Positions 28,161-38,469 of a stretch of DNA of 57,384 bases are shown here, one piece after another. The notes below the pieces were generated by a model. The model searched no databases, was not told the origin of the DNA, and saw only the letters and a program-made list of their open reading frames with translations. Both the position numbers and the translations under genes were made by a program. Every line of letters starts with the position of its first letter. The stretch's first letter is position 1. Source of the DNA: Patescibacteria group bacterium (GTDB taxonomy: Bacteria; Patescibacteriota; Microgenomatia; UBA1406; GWC2-37-13); the NCBI GenBank assembly GCA_026416975.1, contig JAOAEC010000001.1, positions 1 to 57,384 on the forward strand, in the 5' to 3' direction.

Positions 28161-28781
28161 ATGAGATATACGGGTCCAAGAAATAAGATTTCTCGAAGAG
28201 AGGGAATGGATTTGGGACTTAAAACACCAGGGGCTAAAGCTCATTCCAGTCTTCTTCGGAGAATTAATCTATTACCAGGACAACACGGGTTAAAAAAAAG
28301 AAAAAAAATTTCTGAAAGAGGCGAACAATTAAGAGAAAAACAAAAGTTAAGATATATTTTTGGAATAACTGAAAAACAGTTAAAAAAATATTTTAAAATT
28401 GCTTCAGAAAAAAAAGGCAATACTGCTTCTTATTTAGCCATTTTTTTAGAGAGAAGATTAGATAATATTGTTTATCGTTTAGGGTTTACACCAACAAGAG
28501 CATCGGCTAGACAGTTAGTTTCTCATGGTCATATCAAAGTAAACGATAAGATAATTAACATTCCTTCTTATCAAGTAAAAATTAATGATATAATTTCTCT
28601 TTTTAAAGAAAAAACTCAAAAGATTCCTTATATTCAAAAACAATTATCGATAAAAGAAATTATTTTGCCGTTTTGGTTGGAAAAAGAAGCTATGGTGGGT
28701 AAGTTAATTAGTCAACCTGATAGTAGTGAGATTGAAAAGCAGATAAATTTGAGATTAGTAATTGAATACTATTCTCGATAG
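28161..28781 (+). CDS. rpsD: 30S ribosomal protein S4
   Basis: QLREKQK, LERRLDNIVYRLG, ARQLVSHGH, EYYSR. Confidence 0.98.
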   Translation: MRYTGPRNKISRREGMDLGLKTPGAKAHSSLLRRINLLPGQHGLKKRKKISERGEQLREKQKLRYIFGITEKQLKKYFKIASEKKGNTASYLAIFLERRLDNIVYRLGFTPTRASARQLVSHGHIKVNDKIINIPSYQVKINDIISLFKEKTQKIPYIQKQLSIKEIILPFWLEKEAMVGKLISQPDSSEIEKQINLRLVIEYYSR

Positions 28782-28803
28782 TTATTATTTTTTTAAATTT
28801 TAT

Positions 28804-29730
28804 ATGATTAGTCCCAATTTTTATACCAAAAAAAAAGAAATTTCTTTTTCCGAGGCGCAATTTATTATTGAGCCATTACCGGAAAGTTTTGGTTATAGTT
28901 TAGGAAACGCCTTGCGGCGAACTCTTCTTTCTTCTTTAAAAGGAGCGGCAGTAACCCAGATAAAGATAAAAAACGCTCCTCATTTATTTATTCCTTTAAA
29001 GGGAGTGAAAGAGTCGGTATTGGAAATTGTTTTGAATATGAAACAGCTTCGATTTAAGTTTGAAGGTAAAGGTCCTTTTAAAATTGAGATTTCTGAAAAA
29101 GGAAGAAAGAAGATTTATGCCAAAGATATTCAAGGAGAAATAACAGTTATTAATAAAGATTTATATATTGCGGAAATTACTGATGAAAAAACCGAGTTGG
29201 AGATAGAAGCGATAGTGGAAACAGGAATTGGTTATTTAACTGCTGAAGAACAAGTAAAAAAAGAATTTGGTTATATTCCGGTGGATGCCTTTTTTTCACC
29301 AGTGAAAAAGGTTAATTTTGAGGTTGAACAGGCACGTGTTGGTCGAAAAAGCAATTTTGATCGATTAATATTAACCATTGTTACTGACGGCAGTTTTAAA
29401 CCAGAAGAGGCTTTAAGGCAAACATCTCTTCTTTTGTCAGATTATTTTGCTTATATTTTATCCGGTAAGGATGTTTTTAAGGAAAAAACTGCGGAGGAAA
29501 TAATTTTAGAAAAAAAAGAGGATATTGATAATAAATTTAAAGAGATTATTATTGATGAATTAGGGTTACCTTCAAGAGTAATAAATGCCTTATTAAGAGA
29601 AAAAATAGAAACAGTAGCCGATTTAATTAAATTAGGAAGAGAAAAATTAGTAAAAATGAAGGGAGTAGGAAAAAAGTCAATTGAGTTAGTGGAAGAAGAG
29701 TTGAGGAAAATGGGGATTGAGATTAAATAA
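28804..29730 (+). CDS. rpoA: RNA polymerase alpha subunit
   Basis: EPL..GYSLGNALRRTLLSS, DAFFSPV, alpha-CTD; ATG at 28804. Confidence 0.97.
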   Translation: MISPNFYTKKKEISFSEAQFIIEPLPESFGYSLGNALRRTLLSSLKGAAVTQIKIKNAPHLFIPLKGVKESVLEIVLNMKQLRFKFEGKGPFKIEISEKGRKKIYAKDIQGEITVINKDLYIAEITDEKTELEIEAIVETGIGYLTAEEQVKKEFGYIPVDAFFSPVKKVNFEVEQARVGRKSNFDRLILTIVTDGSFKPEEALRQTSLLLSDYFAYILSGKDVFKEKTAEEIILEKKEDIDNKFKEIIIDELGLPSRVINALLREKIETVADLIKLGREKLVKMKGVGKKSIELVEEELRKMGIEIK

Positions 29731-29750
29731 TTATTTTTTTCAAATAAAAT

Positions 29751-30218
29751 ATGAGGCATGGAGTAAAAAAAATAAAATTTAAATTCGGTAAGGATGCCAA
29801 TAAAATGCTTTTTAAAAAATTGGCGTTTAATTTTTTAACTAAAGGTAAGTTAACAACAACCTTAGCTAAAGCAAAAGTTTTAAAATCATATTTAGAGAAA
29901 TTATTGGAAAAAACTAAAGAATTAACTGGAGCCAATAAAAACTTTTTGTTAAAAAAAATAATTCCAAAAAAAAGATTAATTAATGCTTTGTTTACACAAG
30001 TTGGTCCGGCAATTAAAGAAAAAAAAGGTGGTTATTTGAGATTAATTAAACTAGGACGAAGAATGGGTGATGGAGCAGAAATGGCAAGAATTGAGTGGAC
30101 GGTTCCGATAGTGGTTGATTTGGAAAAGAAAAAGGAAGAGAAAAAAGAAAAAAATGAGACAAAAAAAGAAAAGAAAGAAATAACTGTAAAAAAAGTTAAA
30201 AAAACTATTAAAAAATAA
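29751..30218 (+). CDS. rplQ: 50S ribosomal protein L17
   Basis: MRHG, TTLAKAK, GGYLR, RMGDGAEMA. Confidence 0.96.
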   Translation: MRHGVKKIKFKFGKDANKMLFKKLAFNFLTKGKLTTTLAKAKVLKSYLEKLLEKTKELTGANKNFLLKKIIPKKRLINALFTQVGPAIKEKKGGYLRLIKLGRRMGDGAEMARIEWTVPIVVDLEKKKEEKKEKNETKKEKKEITVKKVKKTIKK

Positions 30219-30229
30219 AAAATTAGACT

Positions 30230-30673
30230 ATGAAAACTTTAACGAAAGTAACTAAACCAGTTTCAGAAAAAGAAGTAAAAAGAGAGTGGTATTTAGTTGA
30301 TGTAAAAAACCAAATTTTAGGAAGAGTGGCAGGAAAAATTAGTCAATTGCTTCAGGGAAAACATAAGAAAAATTATGTTCCCTATTTAGATATGGGAGAC
30401 TATGTTGTGGTAGTTAATGCCAAAGAGATAAAAATAACTGGAAAAAAAGAAAAAACAAAGGTTTATACTCGATACTCAGGTTATCCTGGTGGTTTAAAAG
30501 AAATTCCATTTCAAAGAGTTTTAAAAGAGAAGCCGGAAGAAATAATTAAACATGCGGTTTCGGGGATGTTACCAAAAAATAAATTGAGAGATAAAAGATT
30601 AAAAAGATTATTTATTTTTACTGACGAAAAACATCCTTATCAGAAGAAAATTAAAATTAGTTTAAAATCATAA
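30230..30673 (+). CDS. rplM: 50S ribosomal protein L13
   Basis: LGRVA, GKHK, SGYPGGLK, AVSGMLPKN. Confidence 0.98.
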   Translation: MKTLTKVTKPVSEKEVKREWYLVDVKNQILGRVAGKISQLLQGKHKKNYVPYLDMGDYVVVVNAKEIKITGKKEKTKVYTRYSGYPGGLKEIPFQRVLKEKPEEIIKHAVSGMLPKNKLRDKRLKRLFIFTDEKHPYQKKIKISLKS

Positions 30674-30677
30674 AAAT

Positions 30678-31151
30678 ATGGAAAGAAAACCAAAAGAAAT
30701 TAATTATTATGAAGCAGTAGGAAGAAGGAAAGAAGCAGTGGCGAGAGTGAGATTATATTTAGTAAAAAAATCGGGTGAAATTATGATAAAGAATTATTTT
30801 ATCAAGACTCCTTTTAAAATAAAAAAAGGAGAAATTTATGTTAATGGTGTTTTAATTGAAAAAATTTTTCCTCACTCAGAAGAGAGAGAAAGATATTTAT
30901 TACCTTTAAAAATTACTAATAATGAAGACAGATTTGCTATTTCTATTTTGGTAAGAGGTGGTGGAAAAAATGGTTGGTTGGAAGCAATTATTCATGGTTT
31001 AGCCAGGGCGATAGAAAAAGTAGATAAAACCCAATATCGACCAATTCTTAAAAAACATGGTCTTTTAACTCGCGATCCTCGGGCTAAAGAAAGAAGAAAG
31101 GTTGGTACTGGTGGTAAAGCAAGAAGAGAAAAACAGTCGCCCAAGCGATAA
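30678..31151 (+). CDS. rpsI: 30S ribosomal protein S9 (with internal insertion)
   Basis: GRRKEAVARV, LLTRDPR.KERRK, QSPKR. Confidence 0.97.
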   Translation: MERKPKEINYYEAVGRRKEAVARVRLYLVKKSGEIMIKNYFIKTPFKIKKGEIYVNGVLIEKIFPHSEERERYLLPLKITNNEDRFAISILVRGGGKNGWLEAIIHGLARAIEKVDKTQYRPILKKHGLLTRDPRAKERRKVGTGGKARREKQSPKR

Positions 31152-31184
31152 AGAAATTCGTTTTTAAACTGATATAATATTTTT

Positions 31185-32057
31185 ATGGTTAATCTTTCGG
31201 TTATCATTCCTTCTTTCAACACAAAAGAGATTCTTAAAAAATCATTGTTGAAATTAAAGAAAAATCTAAAAAATTATCCTTATTTTAAAACGGAGATTAT
31301 TGTAGTTGACAATCATTCTTTAGATGGTAGCCAAGATTTTCTTAAAAAATATTCAGGAATTAAATTGATTGTTAATAAAGAAAATCTTGGTTTTGCTAAA
31401 GCTATTAATCAGGGAATTAAAAAAGCTCAAGGTCAATATCTTTTGTTTCTAAACTCTGATGTTTTGGTGAAAAGAATTAATTTTCCTGATTTGGTTTTTT
31501 TCTTAGAAAAATATCCTTCAATAGCGGGATTAACAGTTAAAATAGTTTTAGAAGATGGAAAACTTGATTTAGCTTGTCATCGAGGTTTTCCTACCTTATG
31601 GCGATCATTTTGTTATTTTTCTGGATTGGAAAAACTTTTTTGGTCGATTCCTCTATTTAATAAAATTTTTGGCGGTTATCACTTAGTTAATAAAGATTTT
31701 GACACCCTTCACGAGATTGATTCACCTTCCGGGGCTTTTTATTTAGTAAAAAAAAGTATTATTGATGAGGTGGGTGGTTTTGATGAGGATTTTTTTATGT
31801 ATGGTGAGGATTTGGACCTCTCTTTTAGAATTAAAAAAGCTGGTTATAAAATTTTTTATTACCCTTTATATGAAGTTTTACATTTAAAATATCAAAGCGG
31901 TTTAAAAAATGAAGATGAAAAATTAAAAAAACAGACAAAGAAACATTTTTATCAAGCAATGAAGATTTTTTATAAAAAACATTATGCGAAAAATCAATGT
32001 TCGTTTGTTAATAAAATAGTTTATTGGTTAATTGATTGGGAAAAAAGGTGTTTATGA
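31185..32057 (+). CDS. GT2 glycosyltransferase (WbbL/rhamnosyltransferase-like)
   Basis: VVDNHS.DGS, NLGFAKA.N, LNSD, FDEDFFMYGED.DL. Confidence 0.9.
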   Translation: MVNLSVIIPSFNTKEILKKSLLKLKKNLKNYPYFKTEIIVVDNHSLDGSQDFLKKYSGIKLIVNKENLGFAKAINQGIKKAQGQYLLFLNSDVLVKRINFPDLVFFLEKYPSIAGLTVKIVLEDGKLDLACHRGFPTLWRSFCYFSGLEKLFWSIPLFNKIFGGYHLVNKDFDTLHEIDSPSGAFYLVKKSIIDEVGGFDEDFFMYGEDLDLSFRIKKAGYKIFYYPLYEVLHLKYQSGLKNEDEKLKKQTKKHFYQAMKIFYKKHYAKNQCSFVNKIVYWLIDWEKRCL

Positions 32058-33157
32058 AAAAGATAGGAATTGATGCCAGACTTTATCAACAAACTGGGAT
32101 TGGTGTTTATCTACAAAATCTTCTCTATTATTTAGACAAGAGAGCGCCGGATGATATTTGTTTTTATGTTTACTTATTAAAACAAGATAAAGATAAAATA
32201 GTTTTTAAGAGAAAAAATTTTGTTAAAAGAGAGGCTAATTTTTACTGGCATTCTTTTTCTGAACAGATTTTTTTTACTAAATTGTTGATTATCGATAATT
32301 TAGACTTGGCTCATTTTACCTATTTTAGCTACCCAATTTTTTATCAAAAAAAATTTATGGCAACGGTTCATGATTTAACTCCTCTTTTATTTAGAACCGG
32401 TCAATCTTCAGCCAAAAGTCAATTAGTTTATTTTTTTAAACATTTAGCTTATCAAATAGTTTTATCTTCTCAAGTAAAAAAAGCAAAGGTAATTTTAACC
32501 CCGACTTTTTCTGTTAAAAATGAAATTGTTAGGATTTTTGGTAAAAAATACTTATCAAAAACTATACCTATCTATGAAGGGGTTAATTATAAGTTAAAAA
32601 CAATCAAACCAATTAAACCCAGGTTTATAAACACCGATCAAGACGATTTTTTTATTTATGTAGGCAATTTTTATCCTCATAAAAATGTCCAGCGATTGAT
32701 TGAGGTTTTTTTAAAAAATCATTTTTCCCAGAAATTAATTTTATTAGGGCCAAATGATTTTTTTTCTCAAAAATTAATGAAAAAGTTTAATCTTAAAGAA
32801 AAAAATGAAAAAATTATTTTTTATTTTAATCCTTCTTTATCAGAATTAGTTTATTGTTATCAAAAGGCTTTGGCGTTAATTCATCCTTCTTTTTCTGAAG
32901 GATTTGGTTTACCTCTTTTGGAAGCGGCTTATTTTAACTGTCCTATTATTGCTTCAAATATTGCTGTTTTTCAAGAGATTTTGGGAAAAAATTTTATTAG
33001 TTTTAATCCTAACGATAATAATGATATAAAAGCAAAAATTGATTTTTTTTTAAAAAGAAGACCAAGATTTAATTATTCTTTATTAATAAAAAAATTTTCC
33101 TTTGAAAAAATGACTCAAGAAACATTAAAAGTTTACCAACAATTACTGAATAATTAA
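32054..33157 (+). CDS. GT4 glycosyltransferase
   Basis: IGIDAR, TVHDL, PHKN, EGFGLPLLEA. Confidence 0.92.
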   Translation: MKKIGIDARLYQQTGIGVYLQNLLYYLDKRAPDDICFYVYLLKQDKDKIVFKRKNFVKREANFYWHSFSEQIFFTKLLIIDNLDLAHFTYFSYPIFYQKKFMATVHDLTPLLFRTGQSSAKSQLVYFFKHLAYQIVLSSQVKKAKVILTPTFSVKNEIVRIFGKKYLSKTIPIYEGVNYKLKTIKPIKPRFINTDQDDFFIYVGNFYPHKNVQRLIEVFLKNHFSQKLILLGPNDFFSQKLMKKFNLKEKNEKIIFYFNPSLSELVYCYQKALALIHPSFSEGFGLPLLEAAYFNCPIIASNIAVFQEILGKNFISFNPNDNNDIKAKIDFFLKRRPRFNYSLLIKKFSFEKMTQETLKVYQQLLNN

Positions 33158-33172
33158 ATTTTTATTTTATTA

Positions 33173-34315
33173 ATGAAAATTGCTATTGTTTATGATTGGA
33201 TTGATAAATGGGGTGGAGTGGAAAGGGTTCTTTTAACTTTAGCTGAGATTTTTCCTCAAGCAATTTTTTATACTTCATACTATGATGAAAAAAGGGCTGT
33301 TTGGGCAAAAAAATTAAAAATAAGAACATCTTTTATTCAAAAACTACCTAACCTAATTAAGAAAAATCGGATTTTATCTCTTCCTTTTTATCCATTTGCT
33401 TTTGAAAGCTTTAATTTTAATGAATTTGATCTGGTGATTTCTATTTCTTCTTCTTTTGCTAAGGGGATTATTACCAAACCAAAAACTAAACATATTACTT
33501 ATTTATTAACACCAACAAGATTTTTATGGACACATCCGGAAGATTATCAAAAAAAGTTTAAAAATTTTTGGCCAATAAGCTCATATTTGGTTTATTTAAA
33601 AAAATGGGATTTAATCGCCAGTCAAAGACCTGATAAAATAATTGCTATTTCTAAAACAGTTAAAGAACGCTGTTTAAAATATTATCAACGAGAAAGTGAG
33701 GTTATTTATCCACCATTTGATATTGATTATTGGCAAAAAAAAGAAGAGGAGATGAAAAGAAATAACCAGATTTTTAATGAAAAATTTAAAATTAAAAACG
33801 ACGATTTTTATTTATTGGTTTCTCGTTTAGAACCATATAAGAAAACATTTTTGGCAATTAAAGTTTTCAACCAAATAAAAAAGCATTTAATAATAATTGG
33901 GGAAGGAAGCGAGGAAAGATATTTAAGAAAAATCGCTAAAGGCAATATTCAATTTTTTAAAAACCTAGCTGATGAAGAATTAGCTTATTTTTATTCAAAA
34001 GGTCAAGGATTAATTGTTCCTCAAGAAGAAGATTTTGGTTATGTTGCTTTAGAAGGTCAGTTTTTTAATTGTCCGATAATTGCTTTTAAAAAAGGAGGTT
34101 TAAAAGAAACAGTCATTAATGGACAAACAGGCATTTTTTTTGACAAACAAGAGGAAACTTATTTAATAAAGGCGGTTGAAAGATTTGAGAAGATAAAGTA
34201 CAATTTAAAAAAAACCATAAAGGATAAAAAAAATATTATTTTTAATAAGTTTAATAAAAAAAGATTTATTGAGAGTTTTTTAAAAACGATTTCTAATTTT
34301 ACCAATTTTATATGA
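33173..34315 (+). CDS. GT4 glycosyltransferase (mannosyltransferase-like)
   Basis: GGVERVL, SRLEPYK, EEDFGYVALE. Confidence 0.9.
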   Translation: MKIAIVYDWIDKWGGVERVLLTLAEIFPQAIFYTSYYDEKRAVWAKKLKIRTSFIQKLPNLIKKNRILSLPFYPFAFESFNFNEFDLVISISSSFAKGIITKPKTKHITYLLTPTRFLWTHPEDYQKKFKNFWPISSYLVYLKKWDLIASQRPDKIIAISKTVKERCLKYYQRESEVIYPPFDIDYWQKKEEEMKRNNQIFNEKFKIKNDDFYLLVSRLEPYKKTFLAIKVFNQIKKHLIIIGEGSEERYLRKIAKGNIQFFKNLADEELAYFYSKGQGLIVPQEEDFGYVALEGQFFNCPIIAFKKGGLKETVINGQTGIFFDKQEETYLIKAVERFEKIKYNLKKTIKDKKNIIFNKFNKKRFIESFLKTISNFTNFI

Positions 34316-35397
34316 AAATAGTAATTTTTATTGGTGGTGCTGGTACCCGGCTTTGGCCGTTATCACGAAAGAAAAATCCTAAACAGTTTGAAAAAATTAT
34401 TGGTAACAAATCAACAGCCCAATTAACAATAGAAAGGCTTTTACCAGATTTTAAAAAAGAAGATATTTATATTTCTACCAATGCTATTTACGAAAAAATT
34501 GTTAGAACTCAATTACCGCAAATTCCTAAAAGTAACTTTATTTTTGAACCAGAAAAAAAAGATGTTGGCCCGGCAATTGCTTTGGTAGCAGGTATTTTTA
34601 CTCGACTTTATTCTAAAGAACCAATGTTAATTTTATGGGGTGATCATTTTATAAAAAATTCAAAAATTTTTAAAAAAGCAATTAAAACAGGAATTAATTG
34701 GATAAGAAATGATCCTCAAAAAATTATTTTTTTAGCTAATAGACCGCGATTTGCCAGTGTTAATTTGGGTTACATTCATTTGGGAAAAGAGATAAAAAAA
34801 TTTAATGATTTATCTGTTTTTTCTTTTGAGGGATTTAAGTATCGACCTGATAAAGAGACGGCGGAAGAATATCTTAAATCAAAAAAATACGCTTGGAATT
34901 TAGGTTATTTTATTACTACACCAAACTTTATTTATAAAGCTTATCAACGTTTTGCTCCTAATATTTATAACAATACAGAGAAAATTTTAAGATTTTATGG
35001 GAAGAAGGAATACGATTCCGTATTAAAAAAAGAATATAGTAAGGTAGAAAGCATAAATTTTGATAATGCTATTTTGGAAAATTTGGATAAAAGAGAAGCG
35101 TTAGTTATTTCAGGCGAGATGGGATGGAGTGATTTAGGTGCTTGGGAAGCAGTTAAAGAGGCTTTAGAAGGTTCTTCTTTAGAAAATGTTATTAAAGGAA
35201 ATGTTTATTTAGAAGAGGTTAGAGATTCGTTGGTTTATAATTTGGAAGAAAAAAAATTAGTTGTTGGGTTAGATTTAAACGAAATGATAATCGTTAATAC
35301 CAAAGATGCCCTTCTTGTTACAAAAAAAATGGCAGTTAATAAATTGCAAAAGTTGGTAAAAAATTTAGAGAAAAGCCAATATAAAGAATTAATTTAA
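34312..35397 (+). CDS. manC: Mannose-1-phosphate guanylyltransferase
   Basis: GGAGTRLWPLSR..PKQF, WSDLGAW; no C-terminal isomerase domain. Confidence 0.88.
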   Translation: MKIVIFIGGAGTRLWPLSRKKNPKQFEKIIGNKSTAQLTIERLLPDFKKEDIYISTNAIYEKIVRTQLPQIPKSNFIFEPEKKDVGPAIALVAGIFTRLYSKEPMLILWGDHFIKNSKIFKKAIKTGINWIRNDPQKIIFLANRPRFASVNLGYIHLGKEIKKFNDLSVFSFEGFKYRPDKETAEEYLKSKKYAWNLGYFITTPNFIYKAYQRFAPNIYNNTEKILRFYGKKEYDSVLKKEYSKVESINFDNAILENLDKREALVISGEMGWSDLGAWEAVKEALEGSSLENVIKGNVYLEEVRDSLVYNLEEKKLVVGLDLNEMIIVNTKDALLVTKKMAVNKLQKLVKNLEKSQYKELI

Positions 35398-35401
35398 AAG
35401 T

Positions 35402-36064
35402 ATGAAAAATTTTTTTTACGGTCAAAGATATCAAAAATTTTTAAAAAGAGTGGTTGATATTTTTGGTTCTTTATTTCTTTTATTATTTTTTTCCCCAATT
35501 TGTTTTTTTATTGCTCTAGCAATAAAACTAACCTCTAAAGGACCAATTTTTGCCGATGTTCCAGAAAGAGTGGGCCAGAATGGAAAAAAATTTAAAATGT
35601 ATAAATTTCGTTCAATGATGGTTAATGCTCATTATCTTTTACGAAGTGATCCGCGTTTTAAAAAATTATTTGAAGAGTATAAAAAAGGAAGTTACAAATT
35701 AAGAAACGATCCTCGAGTAACATTGGTGGGAAGATTTATTCGCAAACATTCTTTAGATGAAATACCTCAACTTTTAAATGTTTTAAAAGGAGAGATGAGT
35801 TTGGTGGGACCAAGAGCTTATTATCCAGACGAATTGGAGAATCAGAAAAAAAAGTTTCCTCAAGTGGCTAAATTAGTAAAAAAAGTTTTATCGGTTAAGC
35901 CAGGAATTACTGGTTTATGGCAGGTAAGCGGTCGTTCAGAGATTAACTTTGATAAAAGAATTATTATTGATGCTTCTTACGTTGATAATATATCATTATT
36001 GTTAGACTTAAAAATTATTTTAAAAACACCTAAAGTAATGTTAACCGGCGATGGCGCAGTATAA
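35402..36064 (+). CDS. Bacterial sugar transferase (priming phosphoglycosyl transferase)
   Basis: KR..D, YKFRSM, DPRVT, SLDEIPQL.NVL.GEMSLVGPR, KPGITGLWQV. Confidence 0.95.
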   Translation: MKNFFYGQRYQKFLKRVVDIFGSLFLLLFFSPICFFIALAIKLTSKGPIFADVPERVGQNGKKFKMYKFRSMMVNAHYLLRSDPRFKKLFEEYKKGSYKLRNDPRVTLVGRFIRKHSLDEIPQLLNVLKGEMSLVGPRAYYPDELENQKKKFPQVAKLVKKVLSVKPGITGLWQVSGRSEINFDKRIIIDASYVDNISLLLDLKIILKTPKVMLTGDGAV

Positions 36065-36097
36065 AGGAGTTAAAAATTAAAATCATAAATTAAAAAA

Positions 36098-37909
36098 ATG
36101 AAAAAAAATAGATTGGTTCAGGTTTTAATTTTAATTTTAATAATTTTATTAATTATTGGCTATTTTTTTATCTGGCGACCAGTTAAAAAGATAGAAGCTC
36201 AAGGAAAAAAAGTTATTAATAAAGGTAAGGAGTTAAAAAAAGTTTTTTCTAAAAATGATATTGATCTTTTTGAAAAAGAATTAAAAGATTTTTATTCAGA
36301 TTATTCTCAGTTAGAAAAGGAGGCAAAATCAATTTATTGGCTTTCTTTTATTCCTTATGTGGCTGATTTTAAAAACGGATTAATAGCCGGTCAACATTTA
36401 ATTTTAGCAGGCCAAAAGGCGATTGAGGCAATTGTTCCTTATGCTGATTTATTAGGTTTTAAAAAAGGTGAATCTTCTTTTGTAGAAAAGTCAGCTGAAG
36501 ACAGATTACAAACAGCAGTTCTTACTTTAGACAAAATGATTCAGAAAATTGATCCAATTTCTCAAGAAATTGCTCAGGCAGAGATTTTAATAGAAAAAAT
36601 TGATTCCAAACGTTATCCTAAAAAGATTGGTAAAAGAGAGATTAGAGGTACGATTGACAATATAAAGGAACAGTTTTTTGGATTAACTTCTCTTTTTGTT
36701 GAAGCAAAGCCGTTATTAAAAAGATTGCCAGAGATTTTTGGCAAAGATAAGGAAAAAACCTATCTGATTCTTTTTCAAAATGATAAAGAGTTGCGGGCGA
36801 CCGGCGGTTTTCTTACTTCTTATGCCGTATTTAAAATTAAAAACGGAAAGATTAACATTGATCGTTCTGAAGATATTTATTCTTTAGATGAGACAATTGC
36901 TTCTCATCCCAAAGCGCCGCGAGAGATTTTAACCTATCATAAAGATGTTTACCAATTTAACATCCGCGATAGCAATCTTTCACCAGATTTTCCTACCTCA
37001 GTTGAGTTATTTAATTCTTTATATAAAAAAAGCGGGGCAAGAGTGGATTACAATGGAATAATTGCCTTAGATTCAAAAATATTGGTCGATATGTTGGAAA
37101 TTTTTGGTGATACTGAGGCGGGTGGAGTGACTTTTTCCAGCAAGATTGATAAAAGATGCGATTGCCCCCAAGTTCTTTATCAATTATTTGACATTGTTGA
37201 TAGGCCAACTCCTTATCTTCGAGAAAATCGCAAAGGGATTTTGGGCGATCTGATGTTTGCTTTGTTTTATAAAGCGATTGGTTTTTCACCTTCAAAATAC
37301 TGGGGAACCTTAATTCAAACAATGTATAAAAATTTAGAAGAAAAACATATTTTGTTGTATTTTGTTGATAAAGAGTTGCAAAAGGCGGTGGAAAAGCTTA
37401 ATTTTGCCGGAAAAATTCGTGATTATGATGGCGATTACCTTCATATTAATAATGTAAATTTTGCCGGAGCAAAGTCTAACTTATTTGTTAGTCAAAAATA
37501 TTTAGTTGAGACAAAAGGAAAGGAAAAAGAGATTACCATTGTTTTTCAGAATCCTTATCCTCATTCTGATTGCAATTTAGAAAGAGGTGGGCTTTGTCTT
37601 AATGCTACTTTAAGAAATTGGATAAGGATTTATATTCCCAAAGGTTCAAAGTTAATTAAATTTAGTGGTTCAACTAAAAAAGTTGAGGTTTATGAAGATT
37701 TGGGAAAAACGGTTTTTGAGGGTTTTATGACAGTGGCGCCGGAAAAGACGGCTAAGGTGGTTGTTAACTATCAGTTACCAGAAAAAATTAATCCCAAAAA
37801 AATTCTTATTCAAAAACAACCGGGAACTTATAATGATGAAATTATTGTTAAAGTCGATGGAAAAAAAGTTTTTGAAGGAGTTTTAAATATTGATCGAGAG
37901 ATAAAATAG
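36098..37909 (+). CDS. DUF4012-like membrane-anchored protein
   Basis: YLILFQN.KELRATGGF, RDSN.SPDFP motifs; N-terminal TM. Confidence 0.78.
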   Translation: MKKNRLVQVLILILIILLIIGYFFIWRPVKKIEAQGKKVINKGKELKKVFSKNDIDLFEKELKDFYSDYSQLEKEAKSIYWLSFIPYVADFKNGLIAGQHLILAGQKAIEAIVPYADLLGFKKGESSFVEKSAEDRLQTAVLTLDKMIQKIDPISQEIAQAEILIEKIDSKRYPKKIGKREIRGTIDNIKEQFFGLTSLFVEAKPLLKRLPEIFGKDKEKTYLILFQNDKELRATGGFLTSYAVFKIKNGKINIDRSEDIYSLDETIASHPKAPREILTYHKDVYQFNIRDSNLSPDFPTSVELFNSLYKKSGARVDYNGIIALDSKILVDMLEIFGDTEAGGVTFSSKIDKRCDCPQVLYQLFDIVDRPTPYLRENRKGILGDLMFALFYKAIGFSPSKYWGTLIQTMYKNLEEKHILLYFVDKELQKAVEKLNFAGKIRDYDGDYLHINNVNFAGAKSNLFVSQKYLVETKGKEKEITIVFQNPYPHSDCNLERGGLCLNATLRNWIRIYIPKGSKLIKFSGSTKKVEVYEDLGKTVFEGFMTVAPEKTAKVVVNYQLPEKINPKKILIQKQPGTYNDEIIVKVDGKKVFEGVLNIDREIK

Positions 37910-37918
37910 TTCATTAAG

Positions 37919-38449
37919 ATGAGTAAGGTGGTTAAAACAGAGGCGATTGTTTTTAAAAAAACCAGTCTTTTAAATAAAGATTTAAGAATAACTTTATTGA
38001 CAAAAGAGTGGGGAAAAATTAATGTTTTTGCCAAAGGAGCAAAAAAAATCACCAGTCGGCGGTTACCTCATTTGGAAACTGCTAATCTAATTAACGCCTT
38101 TATTTCTAAAAAAGAGATTTATTTTTATCTTCAGGAAACAGAACTAATTTCCGGATTTATCAAGATAAAAAAAGAGCCAAAAAAAATGAGTTATTTATAT
38201 TTTATTTTTTTTGTTTTGGAAAAAATTTTGCCGGAAAATGAAAAAGAACCAAAAATATATCAATTAACAAAAAGTTTTTTAGTTGATCTTTCCCAAAAAG
38301 ATTTTTTTAATAAAGAGACGATGACTGATTATCTTAATCAATTTTTAAAAATTTTAGGTTATATAAAAAAAAAGATAGATTTTGAAGAACTTTGTTTACA
38401 AATTGAAGAAATTATTAACCAAAAACTGCCATTTTTTTTAACTTCTTAG
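37919..38449 (+). CDS. recO: DNA repair protein RecO
   Basis: KTEAIV, LLTKEWGKI..FAKG.KK..SRR; recO-glyQS synteny. Confidence 0.85.
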   Translation: MSKVVKTEAIVFKKTSLLNKDLRITLLTKEWGKINVFAKGAKKITSRRLPHLETANLINAFISKKEIYFYLQETELISGFIKIKKEPKKMSYLYFIFFVLEKILPENEKEPKIYQLTKSFLVDLSQKDFFNKETMTDYLNQFLKILGYIKKKIDFEELCLQIEEIINQKLPFFLTS

Positions 38450-38469
38450 TATATAATTAAAATATTAAT

